Below are positions 63,294 through 64,000 of a stretch of 64,000 bases of DNA, piece by piece; the first letter of the stretch is position 1; the number at the start of each line of letters is the position of its first letter. A program made the translations under genes and the position numbers. Source of the stretch: Nitrososphaerales archaeon (GTDB lineage Archaea > Thermoproteota > Nitrososphaeria > Nitrososphaerales > UBA213). The notes beneath the pieces were generated by a model that saw only the letters and a program-made list of their open reading frames with translations, did no database searches and was not told the DNA's origin. The DNA lies in assembly GCA_965197925.1 (NCBI GenBank), contig CBDAOC010000019.1, forward strand, positions 352,001 through 416,000, given 5' to 3'.

Positions 63294-63533
63294 TTTTGGC
63301 ATATCGTCCCATCGGCATCTAGTAGTTAGAACATGGATTATTCCGTTAATGATTTTTCTATCATAATCCCTAGGCCTGCCAGTTTTTGCATGTGGTGGTA
63401 TGTGTGATTCCATCATACTCCACTGTTTGTCTGATAATTCTTAGAATTTCATAAAATAATTTTAGATGTCGCTATTCATGGATCTAAATGGTCACTAAAA
63501 ATTGTCTAAATGGTTAGTTTTGAGATGAGTTGA
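63294..63533 (-). mobile_element. IS5-family element type B, truncated third copy (one end only)
   Basis: Matches the transposase 5' end and the TIR GTTTTGAGATGAGTTGA; homology stops at 63294. Confidence 0.9.
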
Positions 63534-64000
63534 ACGTAATAGAAGATTAGAATTATATATTTAATCCCGTTTGTATATTTTTTGGTATTTAGTTGTAAGA
63601 GCATATCGGTATCATATCAAAGATAAAATTCTTGTATTGGGAGACAAAATTGAACGAATTTAATTTGTCTACACAAAAGTTTCCATCATTTTAGATTCAT
63701 TATCTACATCTCTATTCCAATAGTGGTAGCAGATTCATAACTTCGTAAAGATGTATCATTAATATAAAAATTAATATAAAAATTTTAAAAATGTCAGCGT
63801 TCACAGGCGCCATTTGTCATATTAGTATTTGGGCATACAAATCCACTTGGCTGACCTTTGCTTAGTCTCGTGTAGATAATGGGGCGAACGAATCGGAAGA
63901 TATTGAGAGATTTAATGTGCGAAGGTCTATAAGTATTTCTCCTCCTAAATGATTTGGATGAGTGACGATTTAGAAAAGCTAGCAGAGTCAGAACAAGAAA

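Noticed and set aside
63144..63416. 90-aa ORF as a real gene
   Set aside because: It is a chimera of a truncated IS5 transposase 5' end and unrelated sequence beyond the junction at about 63294.

Overview
AT-rich archaeal window, most likely Nitrososphaerota (Thaumarchaeota). The evidence is archaeal ribosomal proteins without rpl2 in the L3 cluster, CdvB/ESCRT-III, proteasome alpha, F420-type LLM enzymes and four intron-containing tRNAs. Bases 1-52.6 kb are mostly core genome: argH, gltA, purSQLF, psmA, the rpl3-rpl6 cluster, bioFBAD with a near-perfect BirA operator, thiolase/DUF35, thrC, rpl10e and a tRNA splicing endonuclease subunit. This part is interrupted by decaying IS5-family copies. 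Bases 52.6-63.5 kb form a partly decayed accessory/defence island: a SWIM-DDE transposase with a divergent AbrB gene, two DNA methyltransferases (one truncated), a HEPN-like protein, a Doc toxin with an unannotated antitoxin candidate, a dead integrase, a split Mrr nuclease and a perfect 35 x 16-bp tandem array. The best candidate for a new system is at 1.2-3.5 kb. An intact ycaO-tfuA (thioamide-forming type) pair sits in a lineage not known to have methyl-coenzyme M reductase. It is divergent from an unannotated 57-aa NHLP-leader-like peptide that has no obvious core. Other unexplained signals are a dispersed 22-28 bp intergenic palindrome (4 copies), a GC-rich hairpin downstream of tfuA/argH, and several Cys-rich microproteins missed by the ORF track. 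All family assignments come from motif recognition by eye; no database search was run.
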